Origin: Candidatus Spongiisociaceae bacterium
GTDB lineage: Bacteria > Actinomycetota > Acidimicrobiia > Spongiisociales > Spongiisociaceae
Assembly (NCBI GenBank): GCA_965262915.1
Contig: OZ253564.1
Span: forward strand, 320,001-384,000
DNA length: 64,000 nt
Reading direction: 5' to 3'
The notes below the pieces were generated by a model that worked only from the letters and a program-made list of their open reading frames with translations, made no database searches and was not told the origin of the DNA. Position 1 is the stretch's first letter, and each line of letters begins with the position of its first letter. Below are positions 62,932-64,000 of the stretch, in pieces. The translations under genes were made by a program, and so were the position numbers.

Positions 62932-63455
62932 CAATCACCCAGCTCCTCGATGGGGACGTCCGGCTCCGGCCAGTAGCCCTTGTCCTGGGTGGCGGTCCGC
63001 TTGTAGATGAAGATCGAACGCTCGTAGACCACCACCGTCGTGCCGTCCTGGTTGAGGCCGCGAGTGCGGACCTTCACGATTCCGCCGTAGGGCCGCGACT
63101 TCGACTCCCGTTTGTCGAGCACCTGGGACTCGACGTACAGGGTGTCGCCTACCAGCACGGGGTGGGTGAGGCGGATCCGGTCCCAGCCCAGGTTGGCGAA
63201 TGCCTTCTGCGAGGTGTCGATCACGCTCATCCCCAGGACGATGGCCAGGGTGACTCCCGAGTTGACGATGGGCTTCCCGAACGGAGTGGTCTCCGCGTAG
63301 TGATAGTTGAAGTGGGACTGGTTGGTGTTCATGGTGAGCAACGTCATCCAGACGTTGTCGGCCTCGGTGATGGTGCGGCCCAGCGACGACCGGTACACGT
63401 CTCCGATCTCGAAGTCCTCGTAGTACCGCCCGTACCAGGTTTCCTTATACGGCAT
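62931..63455 (-). CDS. MaoC-family dehydratase
   Basis: GRYYEDFEIGD, RTITEADN, NQSHFN, PVLVGDTL. Confidence 0.93.
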   Translation of the reverse strand: MPYKETWYGRYYEDFEIGDVYRSSLGRTITEADNVWMTLLTMNTNQSHFNYHYAETTPFGKPIVNSGVTLAIVLGMSVIDTSQKAFANLGWDRIRLTHPVLVGDTLYVESQVLDKRESKSRPYGGIVKVRTRGLNQDGTTVVVYERSIFIYKRTATQDKGYWPEPDVPIEELGD

Positions 63456-63526
63456 GCCGACTCCTTACATCCTTCGCTCGGCCAGACAATAGATGGCGGC
63501 CGGTGGCGGGTGTTCGGCAGGCAGTG

Positions 63527-64000
63527 TCAGGCCAGGACCACCACGGGCGTGCCGATCGGCGCCCATGCGTAGAGTTGTTCGGCCTTGTCGGCCCGCTGCC
63601 GGACGCAGCCCGCCGAGCGGAACTGCCCGAGTTCCTCTTCGGACTGGATGGGTGTTCCGTCCCAGGTGACCGGGATGGAGTGGAAGCCGGTCGCCGCCCG
63701 GCCGGCCGGTTTCACGAAGCGCACCATGTGCTCCATCGAGACATGCCCCGACAGGGACCAGGAGCGCGGGGACTTGGAGAGCACCGCGTAGCGACCCGGT
63801 ACCGGCCAGGTAGCTCTGCCGCTCACCGGATACGAGTCGAAGAGGGTGCCGTCGGAGTCCACCAACCACACCATCTGGTCGCCGCGCCCGTAGACGACGT
63901 GCCTCGCACCTGCCAACCCCACATCGGGCGCCGGAAGAGCCGCGGACCATACGATCGGGCCACCGCCGTCGCGGATGACCAGACCGCCTCCTTCCTGCAC
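63527..64000 (-). CDS. L,D-transpeptidase, C-terminal part (5' end outside window)
   Basis: YPVSG, PGRYAV, GFHSIP, SAGCVR, GTPVVV. Confidence 0.88.
   Translation of the reverse strand: MQEGGGLVIRDGGGPIVWSAALPAPDVGLAGARHVVYGRGDQMVWLVDSDGTLFDSYPVSGRATWPVPGRYAVLSKSPRSWSLSGHVSMEHMVRFVKPAGRAATGFHSIPVTWDGTPIQSEEELGQFRSAGCVRQRADKAEQLYAWAPIGTPVVVLA

Overview
High-GC actinobacterial DNA. An Acidimicrobiia-like, possibly sponge-associated host is inferred from the FN3/cadherin/SLH proteins. Bases ~1-28586 are the right part of an integrative element ending in a P4-type tyrosine integrase and a tRNA-Ser-like att fragment. It carries a broken ParB, a tandem XRE regulator, a catalytically degenerate DnaG-like primase, a DUF1508/SWIM repeat protein, a DUF1524 nuclease lipoprotein, a GHKL(sacsin)-SF2 helicase, a DUF4365-TPR/HEAT protein, AlpA copies, IS21/IS1182/ISL3 remnants and a ~1 kb non-coding module present twice in inverted orientation. 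The remainder holds a menG-like gene, serS, tRNA-Leu(CAG), a probable AhpD-like selenoprotein next to (or fused to) thioredoxin, a ~2300 aa kexin-like S8/FN3/cadherin/SLH protein split by IS30, a D-aminoacylase with an Opp/Dpp transporter, and an acyl-CoA catabolic cluster. The strongest signal is an intact IS110 element whose non-coding left end contains a readable bridge RNA. Its guides match its own donor junction and a 7-bp microsatellite (AGGTGCC)n, into which it is inserted, and circularisation would create a TTGACA-N17-TCTAAT promoter. Many 1-bp frameshifts lie in homopolymer runs and may be assembly errors. All family assignments come from motif recognition by eye; no searches were run.
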